Below are positions 8,965 through 19,537 of a stretch of 64,000 nt of DNA, in pieces. The notes beneath the pieces are model-generated. The model was not told where the DNA came from. It saw only the letters and a list, made by a program, of their open reading frames with translations, and searched no databases. Position 1 is the first letter of the stretch. Each line of letters starts with the position of its first letter. This DNA comes from an uncultured Muribaculaceae bacterium (GTDB taxonomy: Bacteria > Bacteroidota > Bacteroidia > Bacteroidales > UBA932): the NCBI GenBank assembly GCA_964556285.1, contig CAZKVW010000004.1:248-64247 (forward strand), given 5' to 3'. The translations under genes were made by a program, and so were the position numbers.

Positions 8965-11331
8965 ATGGAAATGAACGTGTCAGACGAAATCGGCCGTATA
9001 GTCGCGTATGCGCTGGAGGAGGCGATGCGGACGGGATCCTATGAAATCACCGTTGACCACCTCCTGCTGGGCATCCTGCGAGAGGACGGCTGCGACGCTT
9101 ACAAGGCCTTGGAGGATCTGGGCGTGGATCCTATGCACCTCAAGCGTTACATTGATGCCGAGATAGCCGGGGGCGACCCCATCTCTTATACCGACATGGA
9201 TGAGGTCTCATATTCGCGTCAGGCGCGGGCGGCCATCAGCTTGAGCATCGCAGTGGCTTCCGCGCTGGGGCATTCGCAAGTCTCGTCGGTGCACCTGCTG
9301 CTCGCCATCAGCCGTTCGAGCGGGAGCGTGGGGCAGAGTTACCTGCTGGCCCGCGGAGTCAACCATTCGCGGCTGCTCTCGCATCTGCGCCGAAGCGGGA
9401 TGCTGGACGCGGCGGACAAGCATCCCAATGCGTCAGTGAGCTTTTCGGATGATGACGACAGCCCCTACGCCGATGTCAGCATCCGGCAGGCCGCTCCTGC
9501 GCAGGAGGACTCCGGGGAGCAGGATTCGCGGATAAGGGAGTTCGGCTACGACGTTACCGCAGCCGCTGCGGACGGCAAGCTGGATCCCGTGGTGGGGCGC
9601 GAGAGCGAGACGGACAGGGTGATAGAGATTCTCGGCCGCCGCAAGAAAAACAATCCCATGCTCATCGGGGAGCCGGGCGTAGGCAAGTCCGCAATCATAG
9701 AGGGCATAGCCCAGAGGATAGTCTCGGGGGACATCCCCTCCGTGCTTGCCGGCAAGCGCATTGTCTCCCTCGATGTGGCGTCGCTCGTGGCCGGCACCAA
9801 GTACAGGGGAGATTTTGAGAAGCGCATGAAGGAGCTCATCGCTGAGCTCAAGGCCAGCCCTGACGTGATACTCTTTATAGACGAGTTCCATACCATGGTG
9901 GGGGCCGGAGGGTCGCACGGCAGCTTGGACGCGGCGGGCATGCTCAAGCCCGCGCTCGCCCGGGGGGAGATCCAGTGCATCGGCGCGACGACCATGGACG
10001 AGTTCACCAAGATTGTGGAAAAGGACGGGGCTCTGGACAGGCGTTTCCAGAAAGTGGTGGTTGACCCCACCGACACCCGTTTGACACTCTCCATACTCGA
10101 GCATGTCAAGTCACGGTACGAGAGTTTCCACAAAGTGACATATACGGAGGCGGCCTTGGAGGCATGCGTGAGGCTTTCTGACAGGTATGTCACCGACCGG
10201 GCTCTCCCTGACAAGGCCGTGGACGCGATGGATGAGGCCGGCTCTATGGTGCGTCTGGGCCTGATCCGCAAGGGCGGCGCTCGCGGCAAGGCAGTTGTGG
10301 ATGCCGAGGATGTGGCGGCGGTGGTGTCCAAGATTACCGGCATTCCGGTCACCAAGGTGGCGGAGAGCGAGGGGACGCGACTGCTGAAGATGCCCCAGCG
10401 GCTCCGCGCCCGCATAGTCGGGCAGGACGAGGCGATTGACACGGTCGTGAGGGCTATCCGCAGGAACAGGGCTGGACTCAAAAGCCCCTCCAGGCCGATA
10501 GGCTCGTTCCTGTTTTTCGGGTCCACTGGGGTGGGGAAGACCCACCTCGCCAAGTGCCTTGCCGAATATCTGTTTGACAGCGAGGACAATATGGTGCGCA
10601 TCGACATGAGCGAATACAGCGAGGGCATTTCCACATCGAGGCTGATAGGCGCCCCTCCGGGCTATGTGGGCTATGAGGAGGGAGGCCAGCTCTCCGAGAG
10701 GGTGCGGCGCAAGCCGTACTGCGTGGTGCTGCTGGACGAGATTGAGAAGGCGCACCCGGATGTGTTCAACCTGCTGCTGCAGGTGCTGGACGAGGGGCGG
10801 CTGACGGACTCCATCGGCCGGACTGTGAGCTTTCGCAACACCATCGTGATAATGACTTCCAATGTGGGGTCGCGGGAGATGGAGGAGTACGGCAAGGGGA
10901 TAGGCTTTGCCGCAGCGGGCAAGGATATCTCGGCCGGCCGCCGCGCCGTGCTGGAAAAGGCGGTGCGCAAGGTGTTCCCCCCGGAGTTCGTCAACCGGGT
11001 GGATGAGAGGGTGTATTTCAACAGCCTGACCCGGGACGACATGTCCAAGATCATAGACATTGAGCTGGCGGGGCTCAAGAAGCGTGTGCTGGAGGCCGGC
11101 TACAGGATGACCGTGACGCCCTCCGCCAAACGCTTTATCGCCGATGCCGGCTACGATCCTGTATATGGGGCGCGTCCCCTCAAGCGGGCTGTGACACGCT
11201 ATGTGGAGGATCCTGTCTCGGAATATATTATCGCCGCCCGCATGAAGGGGGGCAAGGAGGGCGGCTCTCCTTTCTCCATCCGCCTGACCCTCACCCCTGA
11301 CAAGCGCGAGACCTGCGTCAACGCCGTATGA
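8965..11331 (+). CDS. clpC: ATP-dependent Clp protease ATPase subunit (ClpC/ClpA-like, no M-domain)
   Basis: Clp_N repeats; NBD1 GEPGVGKS/FIDEFH; NBD2 GSTGVGKT/LLDEIEK; GAPPGYVGY pore loop; GIGF ClpP-docking loop. Confidence 0.88.
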   Translation: MEMNVSDEIGRIVAYALEEAMRTGSYEITVDHLLLGILREDGCDAYKALEDLGVDPMHLKRYIDAEIAGGDPISYTDMDEVSYSRQARAAISLSIAVASALGHSQVSSVHLLLAISRSSGSVGQSYLLARGVNHSRLLSHLRRSGMLDAADKHPNASVSFSDDDDSPYADVSIRQAAPAQEDSGEQDSRIREFGYDVTAAAADGKLDPVVGRESETDRVIEILGRRKKNNPMLIGEPGVGKSAIIEGIAQRIVSGDIPSVLAGKRIVSLDVASLVAGTKYRGDFEKRMKELIAELKASPDVILFIDEFHTMVGAGGSHGSLDAAGMLKPALARGEIQCIGATTMDEFTKIVEKDGALDRRFQKVVVDPTDTRLTLSILEHVKSRYESFHKVTYTEAALEACVRLSDRYVTDRALPDKAVDAMDEAGSMVRLGLIRKGGARGKAVVDAEDVAAVVSKITGIPVTKVAESEGTRLLKMPQRLRARIVGQDEAIDTVVRAIRRNRAGLKSPSRPIGSFLFFGSTGVGKTHLAKCLAEYLFDSEDNMVRIDMSEYSEGISTSRLIGAPPGYVGYEEGGQLSERVRRKPYCVVLLDEIEKAHPDVFNLLLQVLDEGRLTDSIGRTVSFRNTIVIMTSNVGSREMEEYGKGIGFAAAGKDISAGRRAVLEKAVRKVFPPEFVNRVDERVYFNSLTRDDMSKIIDIELAGLKKRVLEAGYRMTVTPSAKRFIADAGYDPVYGARPLKRAVTRYVEDPVSEYIIAARMKGGKEGGSPFSIRLTLTPDKRETCVNAV

Positions 11332-11425
11332 CGGCGGGGAGATGTTTGGGAGAATGTCTTTTCCTGCCGGGTGCGCAAAAGTGCGCCATTTGTTGTAACT
11401 TTACCATTCAAAATGGTTGTGACAG

Positions 11426-12262
11426 ATGGATAACAAAGAGCTGGTGAGCAAAGCTGTCCTGGAGCAGGTCAGGACAATGATGGACAAGGTGATGGAGCGT
11501 GTTCTTTATGCCGACCCTTTTGTGGCTGAACACCATCATGCTTCAAAGCCGCTGTATGCCGCTCTGGTTCCCGATGAAATATTCAAAGGCTCCCATTTTG
11601 AAAGGAGATTTGTTACGCCGTTCGGGTCGATATGGGAGAAACTGACCGTTTCGGCGGCTACTGTCTATCACGGGAGCTGCATGCAGGGCTATCAGGTGCA
11701 TGGCACTGTAGGGGATGTCAGTTTGAGGCGGATACAGGAAGTGCTCAACAGGCTGGAACATCCCAGCGGCGGCGTGCGGACTCGGCCGGACTGGGACAAT
11801 GAATTGGCGTATATCAGGGCTGGTGGCGGCAATCCTGTTCCTGTTGATGTGGTTTGTGACATTTTCATACCAAGCGCCCGTACTGGAGAGAATTACGCTT
11901 TTGAGCTGAAAGGCCCCTTGCCCAACAGCGACCAGACTAAAGTGAGCAAGGAGAAGCTGTTCAAGCTTCTCTCAATGAATGAGCGTCCTGTCAAAAGCGC
12001 TTACTATGCCCTCCCGTACAACCCTTATGGCAGCAGAAGAGAGGATTACGCTTGGACTTTCCCGGCGCGCTGGTTTGATATGCGGCATGACAGTTCTGTC
12101 CTTATTGGAGAGGAATATTGGAACCTTGTGGGCGGAGAGGGAACATATCGTTTCTTCATTCGCGAGATTAACAGGCTCGGGGTGAAATACCGGGAGAGGA
12201 TTTACCGTGAGTACCTTGGCATTGAGCCGCCTGAAGGGTTTGATAATGACATTTTGAAGTGA
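11426..12262 (+). CDS. Type II restriction endonuclease, TdeIII/HgiCII-like family
   Basis: KPLYAALVPDEIFKGSHFERRFVTPFG and CDIF...FELKGP (PD-(D/E)xK) motifs recalled from this family; 4-bp overlap with a C5 methyltransferase. Confidence 0.75.
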   Translation: MDNKELVSKAVLEQVRTMMDKVMERVLYADPFVAEHHHASKPLYAALVPDEIFKGSHFERRFVTPFGSIWEKLTVSAATVYHGSCMQGYQVHGTVGDVSLRRIQEVLNRLEHPSGGVRTRPDWDNELAYIRAGGGNPVPVDVVCDIFIPSARTGENYAFELKGPLPNSDQTKVSKEKLFKLLSMNERPVKSAYYALPYNPYGSRREDYAWTFPARWFDMRHDSSVLIGEEYWNLVGGEGTYRFFIREINRLGVKYRERIYREYLGIEPPEGFDNDILK

Positions 12263-13791
12263 CAATGGCGGCACATTTCACATTCGTCGATTTGTTTGCA
12301 GGCATAGGAGGATTCCGTACCGCGCTATCTGATGCAGGAGGGGAGTGCTTGGGGTTCAGCGAGATTGCTCCGGATGCAATCAAGTATTACTGCACCAATT
12401 ACCATGAATCTGAATCATCCAATTTCGGTGACATAACGAAACTGGAGACTCTCCCCAAACATGATTTCATGACTGCGGGAGTGCCGTGCCAGAGCTGGTC
12501 AATCGCCGGGAAAAACTTGGGTTTTGATGATGACCGCGGGCAGCTGTGGAACGACACCATTTATTTGCTGAACAAAGTTCGCCCCAAGGCGTTCATATTC
12601 GAAAATGTCAAGGGGCTCTCTGATCCCAGAAACAGTGATGCTCTCAGATACATACTGTCCAGGATTGAGGAGGCCGGATACCATGCGGAGAAGTATATTC
12701 TTAACTCATTCGACTATGGTGTGCCCCAGAGCCGGGTTAGAATATACATCATCGGATTCAAGGAGGAGAAGTATCTCAAGCGTTTCCGTCTGCCCGCGAA
12801 ATGCCCCGGGGCGGTCAGATTGAGTGATGTCCTGGATGGAGCGAGGGCACAATCTCACCGCCCTCTGTCAGGAAGCGCTCCAAGGTGGAGCCTGTCTTGC
12901 AATGACGTGGGGCTGAACGATTATTTCTTGTTCAATGACATAAGGAACGGGAGCACCACTATTCACACTTGGGATATTGAGGACACTACTGAACGGGAAA
13001 AGCATATATGCAACCTGCTCCTTTCTAACAGGCGGAAGCGCGACTATGGCCCCCTGGACGGCAATCCTTTGTCTGTGGAGCATTTTCTCGCATTGGATTC
13101 ATCCGTCACCGCATCCGAGTTGGATGGGCTTGTCGAAAAGAATGTGCTCAAAAAAGTGCCCTATCTCTACAAGATTGCGGGCGATGGCGCGGAGTTGAAT
13201 GAAGATGAAAGAGTCGTTGCTTCGTTTGCGGTGTCCGGAACCGTTAATGTCGATGAGTTGAAGACGAGGCGCATTTTCCGGGTACGCAGGATAGGGATAA
13301 TGGACACGCTTGCGGCTCTTGAAGAAAGAGGGCTTGCCAAATGCGTCGAGTACCGGTATGATTTCAGGCACAGCCGTATCAGTGCAGGGCTGAACGGAAT
13401 TAACCGCATTTTCTTGCGTTCGTCCAAGATTTATCCTACCATGGTGGCAAGCGACACCAATGACTATATCGCCACTGTGGACATAGAGGCGAAAGATGTT
13501 AATGAGTTGCGTGAGCAATTTATGCGGAAAATATTCCGCCCTCACAATTATCGTCAAATTACCAAATCCGAGGCATGCCGTATTCAAGGGTTCCCGGATG
13601 ATTTCCAATTGCCTGAGGCTCGCCCGCGCTGGATGAAACTTATAGGTAACAGTGTCGCAGTGTCGCTGGTCAGGCGTTTGGCGCAGTCGGTTGTCAACAC
13701 GGGAGTCTTTGCGGAGGAGGATTATTCCCGTTGTCAGTGTAAGGAGATTTTGGAGACTGCCCCTGTACAAGGGACTCTAATTGGTTTTTGA
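12259..13791 (+). CDS. DNA (cytosine-5)-methyltransferase
   Basis: Motif I DLFAGIGG, IV GVPCQSWS, VI FENVKGL, VIII QSRVRIY, IX RIQGFP, X IGNSV; long variable region. Confidence 0.93.
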   Translation: MTMAAHFTFVDLFAGIGGFRTALSDAGGECLGFSEIAPDAIKYYCTNYHESESSNFGDITKLETLPKHDFMTAGVPCQSWSIAGKNLGFDDDRGQLWNDTIYLLNKVRPKAFIFENVKGLSDPRNSDALRYILSRIEEAGYHAEKYILNSFDYGVPQSRVRIYIIGFKEEKYLKRFRLPAKCPGAVRLSDVLDGARAQSHRPLSGSAPRWSLSCNDVGLNDYFLFNDIRNGSTTIHTWDIEDTTEREKHICNLLLSNRRKRDYGPLDGNPLSVEHFLALDSSVTASELDGLVEKNVLKKVPYLYKIAGDGAELNEDERVVASFAVSGTVNVDELKTRRIFRVRRIGIMDTLAALEERGLAKCVEYRYDFRHSRISAGLNGINRIFLRSSKIYPTMVASDTNDYIATVDIEAKDVNELREQFMRKIFRPHNYRQITKSEACRIQGFPDDFQLPEARPRWMKLIGNSVAVSLVRRLAQSVVNTGVFAEEDYSRCQCKEILETAPVQGTLIGF

Positions 13792-13879
13792 GTGGCCGGG
13801 TGAGTGCGCATGTGAATGCGGAGGCGTTGGGGCGCGGGCCAGTTGCTTTTTTGGGGGAGGACGGCTAAATTTGCGGACT

Positions 13880-14422
13880 ATGTGCTATAAATGTTTGACA
13901 GCCCTGGCGCTGGCTCTCTGCCTGATGGCGGCGGGCGGCTGCGATTTCCTGCGCAAGGTGGCAGGCCGTCCGACTTCGGAGGATCTCGCCGTGCTCTCGC
14001 AGCAGGCGCGTGAGCGTGAGCAGGAGGCTGCTGCGGCCCGTGACTCGGCTGCTGCGGCGCGGGAGGCTTCCATGCGGGCCCGCGCCCGTCAGGATGACTC
14101 TCTCTCTGCGGTAAGGGCTCTGCAGGACGGGACTCTTGCCGTTACCCCTCTGTCCAAGCTCGGCAATCTGCCTGTCGGAGCTCCGTCGGCGCGTTATTCG
14201 GTGGTGCTCGGCGCGTTCTCCAGCGAGGAGAATGTCAGGAGGCTCTCGTCCAAGGTGTCGGATGCCGGGTACTCTGTAGAGACCCTGGCTTACCGCAACG
14301 GCACAAAGGCTGTGCTGGCGGCATGCACTGACGACATAGTGGAGTTCAGCGGCTCTTTGCGGCGGCTGGTCTCGGAGCCGTTCTGCCCTCCGGACGCATG
14401 GATATTGGTCAATGGCTTGTGA
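13880..14422 (+). CDS. SPOR-domain lipoprotein
   Basis: Lipobox ...MAAGG-C from ATG 13880; alanine-rich coiled coil; YSVVLGAFSSEENVRRL SPOR-like motif. Confidence 0.7.
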   Translation: MCYKCLTALALALCLMAAGGCDFLRKVAGRPTSEDLAVLSQQAREREQEAAAARDSAAAAREASMRARARQDDSLSAVRALQDGTLAVTPLSKLGNLPVGAPSARYSVVLGAFSSEENVRRLSSKVSDAGYSVETLAYRNGTKAVLAACTDDIVEFSGSLRRLVSEPFCPPDAWILVNGL

Positions 14423-14429
14423 CAGCATT

Positions 14430-15773
14430 ATGACAAGGCATATACGTTTCTTTTTTGCTCTTGCCGCCGCGGTGACGACGGCGTTACCCTTGCTTGGACA
14501 GTACAGGACTCCATCCGTGCAGGATCTCGGGGACGGGGAGACCGTCTCCGCATTCAAGGACCACATCTCGTACCTCTGCTCCCCGGAGCTGGGAGGCCGG
14601 GCTGCGGGGTCTGAGGGAGAAAAGTCGGCCGCAAGCTACGTCACCAATGTGCTGAAATCGTATGACATCAGCATTCTCTCGGATGATGGCGGGGACATCT
14701 TCGGCATCAGGCAGCCGGACGGCGACACCCTGACTTCGCGCAATGTCATTGCATTCATCCCCGGCAGCGACAGGACTCTCAAGGAGCGTTACATAGTCAT
14801 CGGTGCGCGGATGGACGGCAGCGGCACACGTGAGATGACCATCAACGGGGACAAGGTGCAGGTGCTGCTGCCAGGGGCCAACGCCGGGGCTTCCGGAGTC
14901 GCGATGCTCCTTGAGCTGGGGCGCAGGCTGTCCACGTCGCAGCTCCTGCTCGGCCGTTCAGTGCTGCTCGTGGCGTTCGGAGCCTCGACGCAGACCTTTG
15001 CGGGCTCATGGTATTTTCTCAACCGCTCGTTCAGCGACGTGGCGGGCATTGACGCGATGATAGACCTTGAGGCGGTCGGCATGGGACGCTCCGGCCTGTA
15101 CGCGTACACCGCGTCCAACCCTGATCTCAATGCCCTGATAGAGTCGGTCAACTCGACCCTCCAGCCGGTCAAGCCCGAGATCACTTCGTCACAGATGTTC
15201 CCCTCTGACCAGATGGCATTCTATGACAAGGAGATACCCTCGGTGATGTTTACGACCGGGCCGTACTCCGAGTTCCAGACCCAGGGCGACACTCCCGACA
15301 TCATCCAGTACGATGAGATGGACAAGGCGATGGAATATATATTCAACTTCGCCGTCAGCCTGAGTTCCGCGCCCAAGCCGGTGTTTGACGTGGAGACGGC
15401 CCTGCGCGACCGCAAGGCTGACACTCCCGCCACCGTGCCTTACTACGACTGCGACCGCAAGCCATCCTTCCTCGGCAACACCGACCCGAGGGTGTTCCTG
15501 CGCAAATGGGTGTACCAGTATCTCAAATATCCCGAGAGCGCGGTCAGGGAGGGAGTGCAAGGGCGTGTGCTGGTGGATTTCGTCATTGACGAGAAAGGCA
15601 AGGTGACTGACGTCAAAGTCCTGAAAGGGGCGGACGGGCGCCTGGACGACGAGGCGGTGCGCGTGATAAGCGCCTCGCCGGACTGGAAGCCCGGGACGGT
15701 GAGGGGCAAGCCCGTCAGGGCGGAAATGTCCCTGTGGGTGGAATTCAGACTGGAGAAGAAAAACAAAAGATAA
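14430..15773 (+). CDS. Degenerate M28 peptidase-fold domain fused to a TonB C-terminal domain
   Basis: M28-like scaffold ([43 protein letters not shown]); C-terminal [28 protein letters not shown]...W.PG...G..V TonB_C pattern. Confidence 0.8.
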   Translation: MTRHIRFFFALAAAVTTALPLLGQYRTPSVQDLGDGETVSAFKDHISYLCSPELGGRAAGSEGEKSAASYVTNVLKSYDISILSDDGGDIFGIRQPDGDTLTSRNVIAFIPGSDRTLKERYIVIGARMDGSGTREMTINGDKVQVLLPGANAGASGVAMLLELGRRLSTSQLLLGRSVLLVAFGASTQTFAGSWYFLNRSFSDVAGIDAMIDLEAVGMGRSGLYAYTASNPDLNALIESVNSTLQPVKPEITSSQMFPSDQMAFYDKEIPSVMFTTGPYSEFQTQGDTPDIIQYDEMDKAMEYIFNFAVSLSSAPKPVFDVETALRDRKADTPATVPYYDCDRKPSFLGNTDPRVFLRKWVYQYLKYPESAVREGVQGRVLVDFVIDEKGKVTDVKVLKGADGRLDDEAVRVISASPDWKPGTVRGKPVRAEMSLWVEFRLEKKNKR

Positions 15774-15778
15774 GAGTG

Positions 15779-18526
15779 ATGGATTACGATTTCAAGAGAA
15801 TAGAGAGCAAATGGCAGGCATGGTGGGCCGGGCATGACACTTTCAAGGTGACGGAGGACAGCCCCAAGCCCAAATGGTATGTCCTGGACATGTTCCCTTA
15901 CCCGTCCGGCGCGGGGCTGCATGTCGGTCATCCGCTGGGGTACATAGCCAGCGACATAGTGGCCCGCTACAAGAGGCTGTGCGGGTACAACGTCCTCCAT
16001 CCCATGGGATATGACGCCTTCGGCCTGCCTGCGGAGCAGTATGCCATACAGACCGGCCAGCATCCCGAAGTGACCACTACGGAAAACATAAAGCGATACC
16101 GCAGCCAGCTGGACAGGCTGGGATTCTCGTACGATTGGAGCAGGGAGGTGCGCACCTGCGACCCGGCCTACTACAAATGGACGCAGTGGGCGTTCATACA
16201 GATGTTCAACAGCTGGTATGACCCTGACCTGGACAAGGCGCGTCCGATCAGCGAGCTGGTGAGCCGCATAGAGACAGAGGGGTATGGCGGCATTTCCCCG
16301 GAACAGTGGCGCACGATGACGGAGGGGCAGCGTTCGGACGCGCTGATGCGCTGGCGCATAGCCTATCAGGGCGAGACCTCCGTCAACTGGTGTCCCAAGC
16401 TGGGCACCGTCCTCGCCAACGATGAGGTCAAGGAGGGGCTGTCTGTCAGGGGAGGCTACCCCGTAGTGCAAAAGAAGATGACACAGTGGCAGCTGAGGGT
16501 CTCCGCATACGCGCAGAGGCTGCTGGACTCGCTGGACACTCTGGACTGGACAGACTCCCTCAAGGAGATGCAGCGCAACTGGATAGGCCGTTCGGAAGGG
16601 ACAGAGGTGATATTCAAGTGCCTCAGCGGGGACAAGGAAGTGGACGTGCCGATATTCACGACCAGGGCGGACACCATGTTCGGAGTGACTTTCATGGTGC
16701 TTGCCCCGGAGTCTCCCCTTGTGGGCGAGCTGACCACGCCCGACAGGCGCGAAGCGGTGGACGAGTACGTGCGTGAGGTCTCCAGGAAGACCGAGCGCGA
16801 GCGCATCTCCGACACCAAGACGGTGACCGGGGTGTTCAGCGGGGCGTACGGGATCAATCCCATCAACGGGGCCAAGGTGCCCGTCTGGATATCCGAGTAC
16901 GTGCTCTCCGGCTATGGCACTGGGGCCATCATGGCTGTGCCCGCGCATGACAGCAGGGACTGGGCTTTCGCCCGGAAGTTCTCCCTGCCGGTCATTCCCC
17001 TCATCGAGGGATGCGACGTGTCGGAGTCGAGCTATGACGCCAAGGAGGGGGTCATGTGCAACTCCGGATTTATGAACGGCATGAGCGTGGCGCAGGCCAT
17101 TGAGGCCGCCAAGGACTATGTCGAGGCCAAGGGCATAGGCCACCGCAAGACCAACTTCCGACTGCGAGACGCGATATTTTCCAGGCAGAGGTACTGGGGC
17201 GAGCCGTTCCCGATATACTACAAGGACGGCATCCCGACCCCGCTTCCGCTGGACAGGCTGCCCCTCACCCTGCCCGAGATAGACGAGTTCAAGCCCACCG
17301 AGACGGGCGAGCCGCCGCTTGCCCGCGCCAAGGGCTGGACATACGATGGATGGCCGCTGGAGACGAGCACGATGCCGGGCTTTGCCGGGTCGAGCGCCTA
17401 CTACCTCAGGTACATGGACCCGCACGACGACAAGGCTCTCGTGTCTCGTGAGGCGGACGAGTACTGGCGCGACGTGGATCTCTACATCGGCGGCACGGAG
17501 CATGCCACGGGGCATCTGATATATTCCAGGTTCTGGGACAAGTTCCTCTATGACATCGGCTGCGTGTGCGAGGACGAGCCTTTCCGCAAGCTTGTCAACC
17601 AGGGCATGATACAGGGCAGGTCCAGCTTTGTGTACCGCATACAAGGCACCAACACATTTGTGTCCTGCGGACTCAAGGACTCTTACAAGACCACCGAGAT
17701 ACATGTCGATGTCAACATCGTGCACAATGACAGGCTGGACATTGAGGCGTTCCGCAAATGGAGGCCGGAGTATGCCGACGCGGAGTTTGTATTGGAGAAC
17801 GGGGAGTACATCTGCGGATGGGCCGTGGAGAAGATGAGCAAGTCCATGTACAATGTCGTCAACCCTGACGACATCTGCGACCGCTACGGGGCTGACACGC
17901 TCAGGCTCTACGAGATGTTCCTCGGGCCGCTGGAGCAGAGCAAGCCTTGGGATACCAAGGGCATTGACGGCGTGCACAGGTTCCTCAAACGCTTCTGGAG
18001 AATGTTCTTTGACGGGGACAAGCTGATTGTCACCGATGACAAGGCCAGCCGGGAGGAGCTGGGGATATTGCACCGCCTCATCCGCAAGGAGCGGGAGGAC
18101 ATCGAGGCGTTCTCGTTCAACACCACCGTCAGCGCGTTCATGATTGCCCTCAACGATCTGACCGCGCTGGGGGCGGGCAGCAAGAGGGAAATCCTCGAGC
18201 CGATGGTGGTGCTGCTGTCGCCGTTCGCCCCGCACATAGCGGAGGAGCTGTGGCAGGCTCTCGGCCACGAGGGCAGCGTCAGCTACGCCAAGTTCCCCGA
18301 GTACATCGAGGCATATACGCTTGAGGACAGCTGCACGTATGCTGTCTCGTTCAACGGCAAGACCCGCTTCACTGCGGGCCTGCCCAAGAGCCTGTCCCGC
18401 GAGGAGGTCGAGGCCAAGGTGCTTGCAATGCCCCAGACGGCCAAATACATCGCCGGCCAGACCATAGTCAAGGTCATAGTGGTGCCGGGCAAGATTGTCA
18501 ACATAGTGGTCCGGCCTAATGCTTAA
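15779..18526 (+). CDS. leuS: Leucine-tRNA ligase
   Basis: [14 protein letters not shown] (HIGH), editing domain [18 protein letters not shown]-terminal VPGKIVNIV; ATG at 15779. Confidence 0.97.
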   Translation: MDYDFKRIESKWQAWWAGHDTFKVTEDSPKPKWYVLDMFPYPSGAGLHVGHPLGYIASDIVARYKRLCGYNVLHPMGYDAFGLPAEQYAIQTGQHPEVTTTENIKRYRSQLDRLGFSYDWSREVRTCDPAYYKWTQWAFIQMFNSWYDPDLDKARPISELVSRIETEGYGGISPEQWRTMTEGQRSDALMRWRIAYQGETSVNWCPKLGTVLANDEVKEGLSVRGGYPVVQKKMTQWQLRVSAYAQRLLDSLDTLDWTDSLKEMQRNWIGRSEGTEVIFKCLSGDKEVDVPIFTTRADTMFGVTFMVLAPESPLVGELTTPDRREAVDEYVREVSRKTERERISDTKTVTGVFSGAYGINPINGAKVPVWISEYVLSGYGTGAIMAVPAHDSRDWAFARKFSLPVIPLIEGCDVSESSYDAKEGVMCNSGFMNGMSVAQAIEAAKDYVEAKGIGHRKTNFRLRDAIFSRQRYWGEPFPIYYKDGIPTPLPLDRLPLTLPEIDEFKPTETGEPPLARAKGWTYDGWPLETSTMPGFAGSSAYYLRYMDPHDDKALVSREADEYWRDVDLYIGGTEHATGHLIYSRFWDKFLYDIGCVCEDEPFRKLVNQGMIQGRSSFVYRIQGTNTFVSCGLKDSYKTTEIHVDVNIVHNDRLDIEAFRKWRPEYADAEFVLENGEYICGWAVEKMSKSMYNVVNPDDICDRYGADTLRLYEMFLGPLEQSKPWDTKGIDGVHRFLKRFWRMFFDGDKLIVTDDKASREELGILHRLIRKEREDIEAFSFNTTVSAFMIALNDLTALGAGSKREILEPMVVLLSPFAPHIAEELWQALGHEGSVSYAKFPEYIEAYTLEDSCTYAVSFNGKTRFTAGLPKSLSREEVEAKVLAMPQTAKYIAGQTIVKVIVVPGKIVNIVVRPNA

Positions 18527-19424
18527 GAAAGTCTCAGAGTACGCGATAATGACCTTTGGCGTGGCGTTGTACGCTTTCGCCTGGGACGCGTTCATGATTC
18601 CCAACAACTTCTCCAGCGGGGGCATGACCGGCCTCTGCACCGTGATACAGTACGCCACGGGAGGGGCGGTTGAGGTCTCCACGTCATATGCGGTCATCAA
18701 CGTGTTCCTGCTGATTTTCTCCGTATTCATCTTTGGCGGACGTTTCGGAATCAAGACCATATGGTGCATAGCGGCGAGCGCATTTTTCCTGTGGCTGTTC
18801 CCGCAGTGGGACTGTATCAAGTCCGTGCCCGGGCATTTCCTGTACGTGCCGGAGACGGTGCTTGTCCCCATCATAGCGGGCTTGCTTGAGGGGACGGGGC
18901 TGGCCATAACGTTCATGTGCGGGGGAAGCACGGGGGGCAGCGACATCATTGCCCTGTCCATCAGCAAGTACTGGCCCATTTCCACCGGCAAGGCGCTGAT
19001 GATGCTGGATGCCGTGATCATAGCGTCCATCCTCCTGCTGCCCGGCAGGATGTTCGCCGACCTCATCTACGGCTTGCTGATGATGATAGCCTCATCGCTG
19101 ACCGTGGACCTGTGGATGCTGGGACGGCAGTCCTCCGCCAAAATGCTAATATTCTCGGAACGTTACGAAGAGATAGGTGACTATATTGTGAATGAGATGG
19201 GCAGGGGACTGACCGCGATAAACACTGTCGGATGGTACACCAAGCAGGAGCACAAGCTGCTTCTGCTGCTCATTCGCCGCTCCGAGGTCTCGCAGGTCAC
19301 CTACAAGGTCAAGGAGCTGGACCCGAACGCTTTTGTCTCGGTGTCCCAGGCCAGCAGCGTGTTCGGTGAGGGCTTTGACACCATAAGGACGGGCGTTCAT
19401 CGTAAAAAACATAAAAAACAGTAA
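18519..19424 (+). CDS. YitT family membrane protein
   Basis: SGGMTGL and [11 protein letters not shown] motifs, hydrophobic segments, C-terminal DPNAFV...SVFGEGF (DUF2179-like). Confidence 0.85.
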   Translation: MLKKVSEYAIMTFGVALYAFAWDAFMIPNNFSSGGMTGLCTVIQYATGGAVEVSTSYAVINVFLLIFSVFIFGGRFGIKTIWCIAASAFFLWLFPQWDCIKSVPGHFLYVPETVLVPIIAGLLEGTGLAITFMCGGSTGGSDIIALSISKYWPISTGKALMMLDAVIIASILLLPGRMFADLIYGLLMMIASSLTVDLWMLGRQSSAKMLIFSERYEEIGDYIVNEMGRGLTAINTVGWYTKQEHKLLLLLIRRSEVSQVTYKVKELDPNAFVSVSQASSVFGEGFDTIRTGVHRKKHKKQ

Positions 19425-19453
19425 GAAACATTGCAAATTTTTTTATAGACCCG

Positions 19454-19483
19454 AGGCCGCATTGTCAGGATGCGGCCTTTTTT
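19454..19483 (+). terminator. Intrinsic terminator after leuS-yitT
   Basis: 9-bp stem AGGCCGCAT/ATGCGGCCT, 7-nt loop, followed by a T run. Confidence 0.8.
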
Positions 19484-19537
19484 ATAATTTGCCGGGAAAA
19501 CCGCATAACAAATGAGCCTTTTATAATCGAACCTCTT

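Noticed and set aside
15443-19066. Very long antisense ORFs (1207 aa here; also 33779-36571, 48011-49765, 55173-56816, 58762-60456, 7226-8791)
   Set aside because: They shadow well-supported genes on the opposite strand or in another frame, have no recognisable motifs, and are expected from high GC and codon bias.
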